DNA of 37,204 nucleotides from Moniliella sp. 'wahieum' (GCA_003971905.1 RSEE01000014.1:930001-967204), one strand, 5' to 3'. Counted from the first letter of the stretch, positions 20,478-32,592 are shown. The notes: generated from the sequence alone by a model not told the origin. Numbers and translations: made by a program.

Positions 20478-23400
20478 TTAGCTGCCACCGCCACCACGCA
20501 GACCAAGTTGCTCCGCCCTAGCGTCGACTGCGCGGCCGAGATCGTCTTGGTGAACATGTCAGCCGGATTGTGCACCCCCGCCACTTGCGCCAAGAGGAGC
20601 ACGTTGGCGGCAATGAGTTCCCTCAGAAAGTGGTGCCGCAAATCGATGTGCTTCGAGCGCTTGTGAATGATGTGGCCCTCGGCCAGCTTGCGGGCGCCGA
20701 GAGAGTCAGTGAAGATGGTGGGCACCACCTCCTCATGTGGTAAGATTTCCCGGAGCAACAGCCTGAGCCACACTGCTTCCTTGGCCGCATGAGCCAGGGC
20801 AACATATTCCGCTTCGGTGCTCGAGAGTGTGACCATGAGTTGCTGCCGCGACGACCAAGAAGAAACCAAATTGCCAGCCACAAAGAAAACATACCCAGAG
20901 GTCGAACGCCGGTTCGCCGGGCACCCCGCCCAGTCGGCATCGCTAAACCCATTTAGCAACGGCGCATCAGCGTGAAAGGAGAAATGGAGACCTTTTCCGG
21001 TGAGCGACGAAAGCGTAGGACCTGAAACGCGGCATTGAAGTGATCTGGTCCCGGGTTAGCCATGAAGCGACCACACACGCCCACAGCTTGAGCAATGTCA
21101 GGGGGGTGTTAAGGGCAGCGAAGCCAAGGTGACCAATAAGCCCCGCATACTGACGACGATCCGCATCACTGGCCTGGCCCGAGAAAGGTAGTAGATGCGC
21201 CGGGCGAGCAGGTCGAGGCTGGGAGGTGAGGTTAGCTTTTCCCCATAAGCGCAAGCACACCCTCCACGTATCCCGCTGGCTGAGGAAGCAGGTACGGGCT
21301 GCTTGATCATACTCCACCTTCACCCTAACAAGTAGCTGACAGGGCCGCCATCAGTCACGGGCAATTGCTTGGCAAATTGGCGCTTGGCCTCTTGCAAGCG
21401 CGTCAAGTCGGCACAGGCCCAAACAGTATCATCCACAAAGCAGGCCACCAGAACCAAAGCACTGCCTGGCCGCGAAGATATACACACGGTTCCCTTGCAA
21501 CCGGTGGTAGCCGAGACGTAAGAACACCCCATCCAGATGGTCGTGGAAAAGCTTGCCCCCTGGCGTAGGCCGTAAACACCCTTGAGCAACTTCCAGCACT
21601 TGCCCTCCGTGTCAGGACCCTGAAGCCAGGCGGGATGGCCATGTAAACCTCAGGTGTCAACTGCCGCATGTAAGTATGCCGCCTCCACATCCATTTGATG
21701 GACATGCAGGCCAAAACGACACGCCAAGGAGAGCAAGACCCGGATGGTCTCACTCCTGACAACGGAGCAAAAACCTCGTCAAAGTTCACTCCTTGAACCT
21801 GGGTCCGTCCATCGGCAACGAGACGGGCTTTGTGCTTGGTAACCTGACGAGTGTCATCCAGCTTCGCTTTAAACACCCACTGGCACCGGAGAACAGGAAC
21901 ATTGGCAGGCCGATCCACGAGCTCAAAAAACCGCGAGTTCCCGCATCGTTCACCTCCTTAACCATGGCAGCATGCCAGACGGGCCAGTCTGGTCGCTGGC
22001 ATGCCTCTTGAAACGACAGGGGTTCAAGCAGCTCGCCATCGCGCTACGCTCCTCTTGTACGCGAAAGGCCACGCCCTGTGCTGTGAGCGCTAGTGTGTCC
22101 TGCACCACGGCAACTGCATGCAGGGCCTGGGTCGCGTAGGCTCCGCCGGTGGCCACCGGACCATGCAACCATCCCGGCAGCAAAATGGGCAAGGCCAAGA
22201 GTGACCTGCGCAAGCAGCCCCCCTGGGACAGGAGCCAGGTCCACAGCATCAAGTTCGACTGCCAGCTCCACAGCAAGAGCCGATCGAGCACGCTTCCGGG
22301 CGCGTCAACGACTGCTGGTGGATCAGCTTCACGCTCACGCTTGGTCACGTCGAGCATGCGCCGGAACTCCGCGCGGGCGATGTCCCCTCCCGGGTGTTGT
22401 AGGGGACGGTGGGGTGGTAAGGCCCGGCGGTCCGGGTGGGTGGACGCCGCGGAGGAAAGGAGGGGGAATGTCACCAGCAATACCATCTTCACCCACTGCT
22501 GTGGGATAGGGTTGAGCAAGGGGATCAAGGGGAATATCACGTACATAATCGTCCTGGAGGCGCGGCTGCTCCTCCAGCCGACCCGACTCTCCCTCAGCAA
22601 AATGCACATCGTAAACTGTCACGATACGGTCCAACAACCTCGACCCAAACACGATGACCTTTGACTTGGCGCCGGCAGGTCACTGTAACCCAGGTACACC
22701 CTCGAACGGCGTGGAGCGAGGTATTTGCCGCTGAGTTCACTAGCTTGTGTCCAGGCACGTCGATTCCCACCATGCAGCACAACCCAAGCAGTGCAACCAA
22801 ACACCCGCAGAGCAGACAGAGGGGGGGTTGGCCCGTCCACAGTTCATACGGCGTCTTCCAGGCATGCGCTTTGCTGGCGAGGCGGTTGTGAATGTATCCG
22901 GCGTGCGTCGCAGCATAGGGCCAAAACCGCCCCGGCAACTGGGCGTGGTGCATGAGACAACGGGACAACTTCTCAATCTTTGGTTCATTCGCTCTGCGAC
23001 GGCGTTCCCTGTGGATTCTTGAGTAGGAGAAGCTGTCAAAAGGCAACCTGAACGAGCAGCCCATGTCTTGACCTCATTAGTCCATAATTCGCCTTGGTCC
23101 ACACGTAATTCTTTTGGATGTTTTTCTGTTTCGCGATGAATTAAGGTAGCCCACTGAATGAGGCAGGGTGCAGCACTGGCCTTGTCCTTCAACGGCCAGA
23201 CCCAGGTCATGCCACTGTAATTGTCCACCACGACAAGAATGTAGTGCCAAGGTACCTTGTGCTGCAAAGCATCTGGCTCATTCCAAGGGCCCACCACATC
23301 AGCTGACACCAGGTCGAGGCGGGCCAAGATGAGACGAGAATCATTCCCCCGCCGGGCTCGCGACTTGGCAGTACGGCAAACATCGCAGGAAGAAAAATCA

Positions 23401-24169
23401 GGAAACGAAGGCGGCCAAGATCCCCCTTTGCTGGCCGTAGACGTGTGTTTCACGGCCTCAGCGCCGGCATGGCCAAGCCGAAGGTGCCACAACCAAGCTG
23501 ACGCGCGCGTCAAGTCGGGGGCTGGAGTCTCAGCTACAGGCCGAGGAAAGAGTTTGTCCCGCAACTGGTCATCAGGATCATTCAAGAGTCATCCTCAGTC
23601 TCCGAGAGAATAGGGAACGCTAATACTGCACCTTCCACCTGGCAGTCATCCGTGCACACTACCATTTCCGCTCTGGGGTAGGTGCCCTTCAGTGGAACCC
23701 CGAGGGAAGTGCCATTCTTGGTGAAAAACACCACTCATGGTCCCGAAATAGCGTACTCCACCCCGTGGCTGCCACTCCGGGTACTGAGGAGATGTAGGAT
23801 GTAATGGTCAGGTACCAGCATAACCCCAATATTGAAGGAAGCGCTCCCACTTGCGCTGGGATGGATCATATTGTAGGAGGCGCGTTAAGGTGCCATTCCC
23901 CAGCGACCGGCAGTTTCTGCCCCCCTGCAGTGACTACCGAGGTGGGACGGGAGGGAGGCACGAAGTTTTTCGCCAAGCTTGCATCATTGACAAGGCGATG
24001 GGAGGCTCCGCTGTCAAAGATAAATTCAGCCGAGCAGGTGTGAGCAAGGTGGAGATGGGATGTTGTTAGAAGAAAGAAGGGGGGGAAAGAAGGGGGGCGC
24101 GCGGCGAGTGGTAAACAATGCGCTCAACAAGTCCTCTGCGAGGATAATGAGCGCCTCCCCGCGCGCACC
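20478..24169 (-). CDS. pol: Element 2 copy B pol (many small indels relative to copy A)
   Basis: Same motifs as copy A in fragmented frames, e.g. NPADMFTK, FSDADWAG, CFVDD, WHLRLGH. Confidence 0.9.
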
Positions 24170-26101
24170 CTATTCGATATCATCAAACCCCGCGGCAGGC
24201 TGCCCATCTCCTCTGAGACGGAGAGATCCATTACCGTTAAGACGTGCGCCAAGGCTTGAAGCACACGCGCAACAGCATGCTGCGTGGGGGCGCACGGTTG
24301 GTATTCGTGTTCCGTCCTGCCCCAGGGAGGGTGCGATTCCATCCTGACGTACCACGGGTAGAAATGCGGTTGTCCTGAGCGGGCCGGGCAGTTGGCAGCG
24401 ATATGTCAGGGCTGGCGGCAATTCCAGCAGACAGCCGCAACCCCCATCGCTCGTAGCTGCTGCCGCTGCCAGAGACATGTCTGCGTTCCCAAGCAGTCCC
24501 GTGGTCCCCGAATTAACGGGAGGGGTAGAGACATCAACAGCCAAAGATTCAACCGTAGGTACCGAGAGGACGCAATCGGTTAGATTCCATGACGAAGTTG
24601 GCCCGGGCCAACGACTGCAAGTCCCCAAGACAGAAATGACGTGTGCCACGGTCACACGCTGTCCGGGAGGTAGCCCCGCGAAAATCAGCGGCCGATACGA
24701 ATCACCACGCCGGAAAAGGGCTTCCAAACTGGATCACACGTGCAGGGTCCAGGTGGAGTACCCCAAGAGGGTCAGAACTTGGATGGATCGAGCCAGCGCG
24801 TCAGGGCCTTAGAAGCCGGTTCTGCATTGGGATCCCATTCCGTCTGGGCACCGACAGCTTGTAGTTCAGAGACGCTGGGCGTAGAAAGAAAGACGTACTT
24901 CCGCGAACAAGCACGACAAGAAGTCCGGAACCGAGTCAAGAATCCCGGGAGACGTTGTGGTCGCGAGGCGCGAAATGTAGGACGCGAGGGCAGGCGACAC
25001 CAGCGTCATCAGTTGCGCAACGATCTGAGAGTGCACCCCCGGCGGCACCTCCATTGTTCCGGCCAAGATCGAAGCAAAGTCGTGATAAATGATGGCCAAA
25101 CGAGTACGGAGGCCCTGCAGCCAGCGAAGAACAGCCAACGGGTCATTTTGCTCGGGACCATGCACCAGAGGTGTCAGAGGCGAGGAAGCAAAAGCACGCG
25201 TCATACGCTTCGCCAATGTCATAACATCGAAATTCATGTGTCCCTGGACTAGACGCGGTGCATCCACCCACTTGGGCTGCTCCTCGATAGTCACCGTGCG
25301 AGCAGACGGGGCCCGCTCGCTGATACGCTCCACAGAAGGGACGGTCACCGACGGCAAAGCAGCCGACGGGTCATGAGCAAAAGCCATACCACTGTCAGTC
25401 GGAACAGAACCTTTCGGGGTGCCCAACAGGTCAATACGGTGCACTGACTCAGTACTGACTCGAGCGGTCAGAAGCTGAAGTTCATCGTCAGATTCGGTAG
25501 TTGGAGCTGGGTCCTCTGGGTCGAGGAGCATGTCGCGCATGGCACGACGCTTCTGAGCAACACGATGTTTGGAAGCCTTATTGTCCTCGTACAGTTTCCA
25601 AGCATTACGCACTGCCTTGAGATGGCGAAAGATTGCCTTCTGCAAGTCCTCAAAGGTGGAGAAGCGATGAGACTTGGTATAAAAGACGTAGGCAACATAG
25701 AAGTCGGTCGGTGTGAGCAAGAAGTTTTCGCCACCATGGCCCTTATTGTAGTCGGTAATGATATCAGCCACAATAGAGTCCTTGTCTGCCACTGCAGAAC
25801 CAGGGGCCGGGGAGGCTATGCCCTTCCCCGGGATACCCCAGCGGCGAATGGTAGGAATGACGTCCTGGATGAAATCGGCAGCGACATCCACGTCAACGTC
25901 CCACAGGATGGTGTTCAGTCCAGACCAAGCACCAATCGTGTGCTTGATGCGAAAAGCCGGCCATTTCGCTGTCTTGCCAGGAGCCATCCCGTCTTGAGAG
26001 TTGGGGTTAAACTCGCCACGACGAACATACGCTTCCACAATGTCATCAGGCGAGGAAACCGGGTGCGCAGAATGCGCAGAGGCAGAAGATAAGGGCGACA
26101 T
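24170..26101 (-). CDS. gag: Element 2 copy B Gag
   Basis: 411-aa ORF MSPLSSASAH... from 26101, continuing in shifted frames to QPAAGFDDIE-TAG at 24170-24172. Confidence 0.85.
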
Positions 26102-26105
26102 AACC
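26094..26105 (-). other. Primer-binding site of element 2, resembling the internal (half-molecule) tRNA-iMet type; also at 19865-19876
   Basis: GGTTATGTCGCC directly follows the LTR; the canonical half-tRNA-iMet PBS begins GGTTATG(A/G)GCC. Confidence 0.7.
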
Positions 26106-26448
26106 TGCTAGACTGCAGCTGGGAAACGCTATGGGCAGCACGAGAGATAAGCTTCAAGGCGTGCAAGAAGGCAGGGCAGTTAGCCACAAGTCCTTCAAGC
26201 AAGCTCGATTGCGGAGGACAACACAAGAACAGGGAAAGCAGAGGCGCACCTTCAAGGCGTGCAAGAAGGCAGGGCAGTTAGCCACAAGTCCTTCAAGCAA
26301 GCTGAAGGGAAGAAGATAAGAGTCAAGCAAGCAAGTCGGAACAGACAAAGGGGTGGCGTTGGCCACGCAAGGTTCGAATCACCCGAACCAGCGAGCATCA
26401 CCGATCCATTGGAGAGATGCAGGTGAACCCTAGCACTACCCTCTAGCA
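26106..26448 (-). repeat. Element 2 5' LTR
   Basis: TGCTAGA...TCTAGCA followed by TSD AATTC. Confidence 0.96.
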
Positions 26449-26580
26449 AATTCAAGCCCCATGCGCGACCCGGTGGCAGGGGCCTGTGCCGGCCTGCACG
26501 GGCGCTGGTGAAAAATTAATATTTTGCTAGATAACCACATCACCCCAAAAATGAGTAAATTTTACGAACTTACCTTGGCA

Positions 26581-26745
26581 CTTTGGCCACATGAGGTTAA
26601 GCGCTTTGGCCCAAGAGATCAAGCGCTTTGGCCACATGAGATCAAGCGCTTTGACACCTGAGATCAAGCGCTTTGGCCACATGCGTTCAATGGCTTTGGC
26701 CACATGCGCTCAAGCGCTTAGCCCAAATGCGCCCAAACGCTTAGC
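26581..26745. repeat. Degenerate 22-23 bp minisatellite (~7 units, consensus approximately ATCAAGCGCTTTGGCCACATGAG)
   Basis: Units read directly; most contain the palindrome AAGCGCTT and/or TGGCCA. Confidence 0.85.
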
Positions 26746-27868
26746 TGTGATTGGATGCGTGCTTGTAGGCTTTCTAACCGGCTGGTTGGATGGGCTGGCA
26801 TCGATCCAGAACTACTAGATTTATAGGCAGGGTAGGTATTTTTTAGGTGTAGAATGCATTCGAAGATCGCTGGGAAGCGATGACACGGCAACCACTGTTA
26901 GGTGTGACGTCAGACGGAAGCACCACAACGTAGTAGAGCAGCGAGCGGTTCAAAAAGTGGCAGGTTAGTGTGTGAGGGGAGTGTGCACTAGGAGACGTGG
27001 CCAAGTCAGCAGCAGCATAGGGTTAGCGAGAGACACAGAAAATGTGCGACGGACTCACGGGTCAGGCGATGAAGACGGCCAGTAGCGAGGCAAGCGGGAT
27101 GAAGTCGGAATGTACACTGATAGGGCGAACAAGGTAGGAACAGCGTTGGCATATAACAGAAGGGACTTACGACCGCGAAACAGGTCAGTGAGTTGAGGCG
27201 AGCAAGGCGAGATGAACCAACCGGGGATTCCGTGCATGCAGCTGGGCAGACAGTGTCAGTGGGCAGGATATAACTTCAAGCGCGAAGTACGGGGGACGAC
27301 GATAGCAAAAGGCAGACCAGCCAAGCGAGAGAACCACAGTCGAGTCAAAAAGTGAGAAGACGGACAAGGGTGGGCCGAAGGCGAGCGAAACGGTGCATGC
27401 ACGTCACGCATGCGACCCACAAGGTCAGCAGAAGTGAGGGGAATGCGGAGGAAGCGGGCACGTACGATGACACTGCGGACCAGAGGTGAAACGAGGGCAA
27501 GAGACCCGCGAGGGGAGTCTGTGTAGGCGGGGTCAGCCACAGAGCTCTGGCGGGCAAAAGAACACGTACGACAAAAGCAATGCAGACAGTGAGAGGGGGA
27601 CGGGGCGAGAGGCAGAGGGGGCGTCCAACAGCGATACTGACGAGGCGAGGAGGACGGAGTGTGGCGGGAGAGGTGCAAGCAGCAACTGGTGATATTGATG
27701 GCCAGGGGAAGAAGATGGTGCTTTGCGCCGTGGCACAGAGCACTCTGCGATGTGTTGCTGCAGAGATGGGATACTGGTGTTACGGGCGCAATGAGAGGGG
27801 CGGTGGTGAAGAGACAGGATGCAACCACAGAGGAGCAGGAGGTTAAAAGGAGGCGCGCGTGTGGCGCA

Positions 27869-27932
27869 GCCAATCTGTGCGCACAGGCCAATCTGGGCCA
27901 CGCCAGGGGCCTAGGTAAGCTATAGTATATAT
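27869..27932 (+). promoter_or_regulatory. Possible promoter: two GCCAATCTG (CCAAT) boxes followed by a TATA-like tract
   Basis: GCCAATCTG at 27869-27877 and 27887-27895; TATAGTATATAT at 27921-27932; upstream of the transposase-like gene. Confidence 0.35.
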
Positions 27933-28130
27933 GTCTAACGCCTCACACTAGCGGCCCCCGCAGCAGTGTTCGAGGTCTAATCATCTAATCAAGAGCGCCA
28001 TTTTGACTTTGCCTATTTGCGACTTGCTGTGGTACTAGTTGTCTGTTTCGACGGTGACTGGCTTCATCGAACGCGGCGCACTTGCGGCCTCTCTAGCCCC
28101 GAGACTCCAAGGGCTCCCCGAAGGTTGCTG

Positions 28131-31124
28131 ATGCGCGCGTAAGTCAACGACTAGTGGCCTTGTCCAGTAGCCCTCGTCCTGCTTCCTACCACCAACGCCT
28201 ATCTCTCGCCCGCAATCGATCGCCTACGCTACTGTCCCAAACGCTTCAGCAATTTGCGGTCTCCATAACCGGGTGAATCGCTATACAGGTCACGATTATC
28301 CTCACTTGAGCTTTACTAGTGACTAGTGACCTGTGGTGTTACATCAAGTGTACGTCAAGCTTCAAGTGAATGGGCACCACATGACTTTTTACAAGCTGGG
28401 GCGAAGCCCCAGCTGCCGGGCCGTAGGCCCGGTGGTCGCCTGTGACTTGTTATGTTCAACGTTCACGCAAGATGCACCAAAGTGCTTGCGATATACGGTG
28501 AGACGAACCGCATCAGTATGGTCTGTGGTTTCGACCAGGGGCTATCGTCCCTGATCGAGGTGAAGGAGAGCTCCGGTGTTGAACCATTCCATTTAGCTTT
28601 TGTGTTGGCTTTGTCCATGATCTCCGCAGCCCTAAGGTATAGCCTCTGTTGCTCTTTCATGCTCCCTTGCATTAGGCGTGTCGTTGGCTGGCGTATTCGA
28701 CCATCATACTGCCAACACTATAGTGCTACCGCATCACCCATCAGGGTGGCCATCTGGACTGCTCCACTCTCATCTTCAGATAGGGGATCACGAATGTAAT
28801 ACGCCTTGGAAGAGCATCAACGAAGCGGGAGAGCGTGCGTCTCTGGGAGAGGGGGCAAGTTTTAAGGTTAGAGGGGACAAGGGTTAAGGTTAGAGAGGGC
28901 CGCGATCGTCTGCCGGACCTGTGACAAAAAAAGCACCCAGCAATCCATATCATATGTACAACCCATCTCGCCCATAATTTTACCAAGTCGCCACCGCCAT
29001 GTTTCGACGTCGGCTCACCAAAATGCCGACCGATGGAACGAGCCGCACGCGTGCACAATAGGACAGACGCATCTGCTGTACCTTTTCCCGCGGCCTGGTT
29101 CACCATGAAGCAGGACGAGAGGTTGCTGTACCAGTTCCCTGCTTGCCCAGTTCGACCGATGTCCGGTTTCATGCACTCAAGCACACGAAGGTGCGCAGGT
29201 ACAGCCAAAACGTGGTGCTGGGTGCGAGGATGGGGGCCAATCACGCCATTGACGAGGTGGCCGAAGATGCGAGCATGCCCCCAGCCACCTGACGCATGCT
29301 CGCCTTCCCCTGTGCTTCCGTGCCTCCTCGCCTGTAGACACTACCATGGCCGAGGACGACTTATGCCAGACGTAGCCCAGTGTTTCCTTTGGACCACCCT
29401 CAAGAGCCACGGGCGTGTCCTTTGCCCCGCGGGCGCATGACAACCCGCTCGGCGCCCCGAATGAGCGTGTCGAGCAAATCCGCAACCAAGAGACTGATAT
29501 TCATCAGCGATCTCAACACGGAGGGTATCCCTGGCGCAGAGGGCACCAATATCCGAGCTAGGGGTTTGTTGGCTAACCTAAAGACTGGGGTTGGGAAGGA
29601 TGTGCGCTCTATGCTTGTGGCTCTCCATTCGCGGCACTCCCCATCCTCGAGACCGGAAAAAAGAGGCCAACGATGAGAAGGAGTTCACGTTTCCGGTTCC
29701 GCTTTATGACGCTATCGTCGCGGCAGCCGACCTGCATGGTTTGCTTCCAGGACATGGTACCCGGCTGCGGGCAGGCCAGGGCGCAGTTCATGGTACGTCC
29801 CACAGCCTTGGTTGATATACGGTTTAGACGCTGACCATGCCTGTTATGGCTGGAATAGTACCGGCGACCCAGACTGCATACCGACTGATCGAACGCCTTT
29901 CGAGACTCGGCCCCGACAGCGCCATGGTCGCGACGCGACCGAAGCTCCATCTCCTCCTGGCGCATACGTCTGATGCGCTCAAATTGTTCGGCCCTCTCCA
30001 GAACACAGACTCTGCCAGATTCGAGGATCGCGTGAAGCACATCCGTGCGTCCGTTGCCCATTGCAACTTCCAGAACCTCCCGCGTGACACCTTGTACAAC
30101 GTCATGGTCGCAGAGAAGATTCTGCACCACTCTTCACCGGGGTACGATGTGTCTAGTGACGGCTCGGTGGTGGATCGGCCTGGGGCTCCTCCCGGGGTGC
30201 TGGAGCAAGGGAAGGAAGAGCCCGACTACAACTCTGATGGCATGGGTTAGTGCTGGCCCCAGCCAAGAACCAATCCTCGGTGGGTTGCAACAACCTCACC
30301 GACAGGAGCTGGGTCGTTTCCAGTTGGCGGACCGTGTCAGGTGCGGGCGCAGTACCTGGTGGGCAAGGCGGCTGTTATCGCTACAGGGGAGATGATCCGT
30401 GTGGGGATGAACGTGAAGACGATCGGCCAGAAGTCGGCCGAGTACAGCGCGTCCGCCGACTTTGTTATTGGCAAAATCCTCCGGATTGGGCGCGATCCGT
30501 TGGATGAGAAGGCTGCCTGGGTCGGGTACAGGCCGTACATCATCACGGGTAGCACGCATCGCTCAGGCTGCCGCATTGTCCGCGAACTCGATGATGGTGA
30601 TGCTCCTGAAGAGTTGCCCTATTGACGGTGAGCACCGATGAGTGCTGAATCCTCCGCTGCGTGACGATTGCTCATCAAGTACTGACACTGGGACATTCAC
30701 CACAGGATGTTGCAGCGAGGCGCCTCTCCAGCACGCCTGCACCAAGAAGTGCATGATAGAGCAGGACGGCCAGAAAGTACTGGTGCACAACTACGAGAAG
30801 GACCCGATCTCGGGGGAGAACGAGGCGATTGAGTACTTCATCCCGGCGGCGTCTCATTTTAAAGCCAAGAACGGGAAGCGGCTGGTATTGAACGAATACG
30901 CTATGCGAAGTCCACCACACCACAAGCCGCACATGGACTTGAGGATCAGCTGGAAGTCCCCCAAACTGAGCGCCAACGCGCTGAGCAAAGACGTGGCCCA
31001 GAGGATTGCAACGAACGGTGCCATGCACCTGTGGGACAAGCGCGCCAAGAAGAAAGCACCTGCCGTGGCTGCTGTCGGAGGAGGGGGCAAGAGCGACGAC
31101 TCTTCGGACAGTGACAGTGATTGA
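28131..31124 (+). CDS. CACTA/EnSpm(CMC)-related fungal transposase-like gene, fragmented (introns plus indels; intactness unknown; start uncertain)
   Basis: Motifs occur in the order I recall for basidiomycete CMC-type transposases: ISDLNTEGIPG..IRARGLLANLKTGVGKDVR; RPKLHLLLAHTSDALKLFGPLQNTDSARFEDRVKHIRASVAHCNFQNLPRDT (compare KPKFH.L.H....IRRFGP.....TE.FE.FN..IR....HSNR..PSRDI); VIATGEMIRVG..IGKILRI; LQHACTKKC..RLVLNEYAMR. Recognised from memory, no search run. Confidence 0.7.
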
Positions 31125-31363
31125 TGCGAGAACCAAATGGACATGCATTGCGCGATGAGGATGAGTATAGGTTTGGTGGCAGTCGTCAGTCATCAGTAGC
31201 CAGGCCACAGGGTGGTGCGCATCCCGGACCCATCAGCCGGAACCTCTCGAGACGTGAGATCTGAGATGGGGCCATGGGCGGCGCTTTGATATGATGCGAA
31301 GCTTCTTTTGCCGGCGAACGAGCCAGGTGACGGATAACTGTCATGCGTCCCATGCGCAGGGGC

Positions 31364-32592
31364 ATGGCCGAAGCGAAGGGGCGGTTATGGAGTAAGAGGC
31401 CAGACGGTGAGGCGTGGGTTGCAGCCCCAAATGCCTGTCGCCACAAGCGTCGGGTTTCTGCCACCGGCCTCTTCAGCCCCACTCCGCTTATCCAGCCCAT
31501 CTACCCATTTTCCAATCCCGCCATGACCCATGTTTCAATTTTTCACACCCGCCCGTGTGGCGTCGTCCGTGCTGACCTGTCCGCTCGACGTGGTCAAAAC
31601 ACAGCTCCAGGCTCAGGCTGCTTATCCGGCCATTCGCCCTCACCCGGTGCGCGCACCCCTCCCGTCAGCCCTGCGCATCAGTGCCGCACGCATCATCGTC
31701 GCTCGGATCTGGGCTCGCGATGGCGTCCGCGGCTTTTACCATGGCCTAGGCCCTGCCATCCTTGGCTACTTGCCCTCCTGGGCCATCTACTTTACCCTCT
31801 ACGACCATGCCAAGCGTCACTGGTCCCGTGCCCCCTCAATCCCAATGGCCAGATGGGTGGGCATGTGATGAGCGCGCTGCTGGCTGGTGTGGCCACACAC
31901 GGCCATTTCGTCTCCGGTTTGGGTGGTCAAGACACGTTTTATGCCAGGCCTTACCGCGGGAGGGAGAGGCGCGGTACCGTCACACGGTGGATGCGTTTGT
32001 CCGCATTGCTCGCAACGAAGGCGTCACGGCATTTTACAAGGGATTGGTGCCGTCGCTACTAGGCACGGTACATGTAGCGGCCCAGTTCCCGCTGTACGAC
32101 AAGCTGAAGAACTTGATGGCTCAGTGCCGACACCCACGCGACACCGACCCGCTCTCGTCCCAAGAAATCCTCGCCTGCTCCTCCATCTCGAAACTGTTCG
32201 CTTCGTGCCTTACTTATCCCCACGAGGTGCTGCGTACTCGGCTGCAGATGCAGGGCAACTGCATGCCCCCTCCAGTCCCTACGACTACACAATTGGCTTT
32301 GGCCGATACAGGCCGAATGCCCCCACCTAAACAAGGCATGGTGACCATGGCCAAAGCAATCTGGAAACATGAGCGAATGACAGGATTCTACAAGGGAATG
32401 GGCATCAACCTGTTCAGAACGCTGCCCAATTCAGCTTTGACTCTTCTCACGTACGTGATACCCCCAATCCAACTCCCTTCCTGATCGGGCATCTGCGTCT
32501 ATAATGTGGTGCGTCTTCTCGTTACCAGGTACGAGCTTATAATGCAACACCTCCACACCGACCCGCCTCATCAATTCGCAGCCGCCTCTTGA
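31364..32592 (+). CDS. NDT1: Mitochondrial carrier, NAD+ transporter (Ndt1/Ndt2-like); start uncertain; last intron 32451-32528
   Basis: Three carrier repeats CPLDVVKTQLQ, PVWVVKTRFM and YPHEVLRTRLQ. GLGPAILGYLPSWAIYFTLYD and HVAAQFPLYDKLK are typical of the NAD carrier subfamily. Final exon TYELIMQHL...stop. Confidence 0.88.

Larger units (their letters stand above)
13619..26448 (-). mobile_element. Tandem dimer of a Ty1/copia retrotransposon (element 2): LTR-internal-LTR-internal-LTR
   Basis: Three ~345-bp LTRs with TGCTAGA...TCTAGCA ends and two near-identical ~5.9-kb internal regions. One TSD AATTC at 13614-13618 and 26449-26453. Confidence 0.96.

Noticed and set aside
26581..26745. CRISPR-like array
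   Set aside because: Units are contiguous with no unique spacers, no cas genes are present, and the context is eukaryotic.
11525..31272. Possible TIR pair CCCCATCCTCAGATC (11525) and GATCTGAGATGGGG (~31258)
   Set aside because: Only ~14 bp with a gap, no extension, no CACTA-type terminus and no TSD; likely chance.
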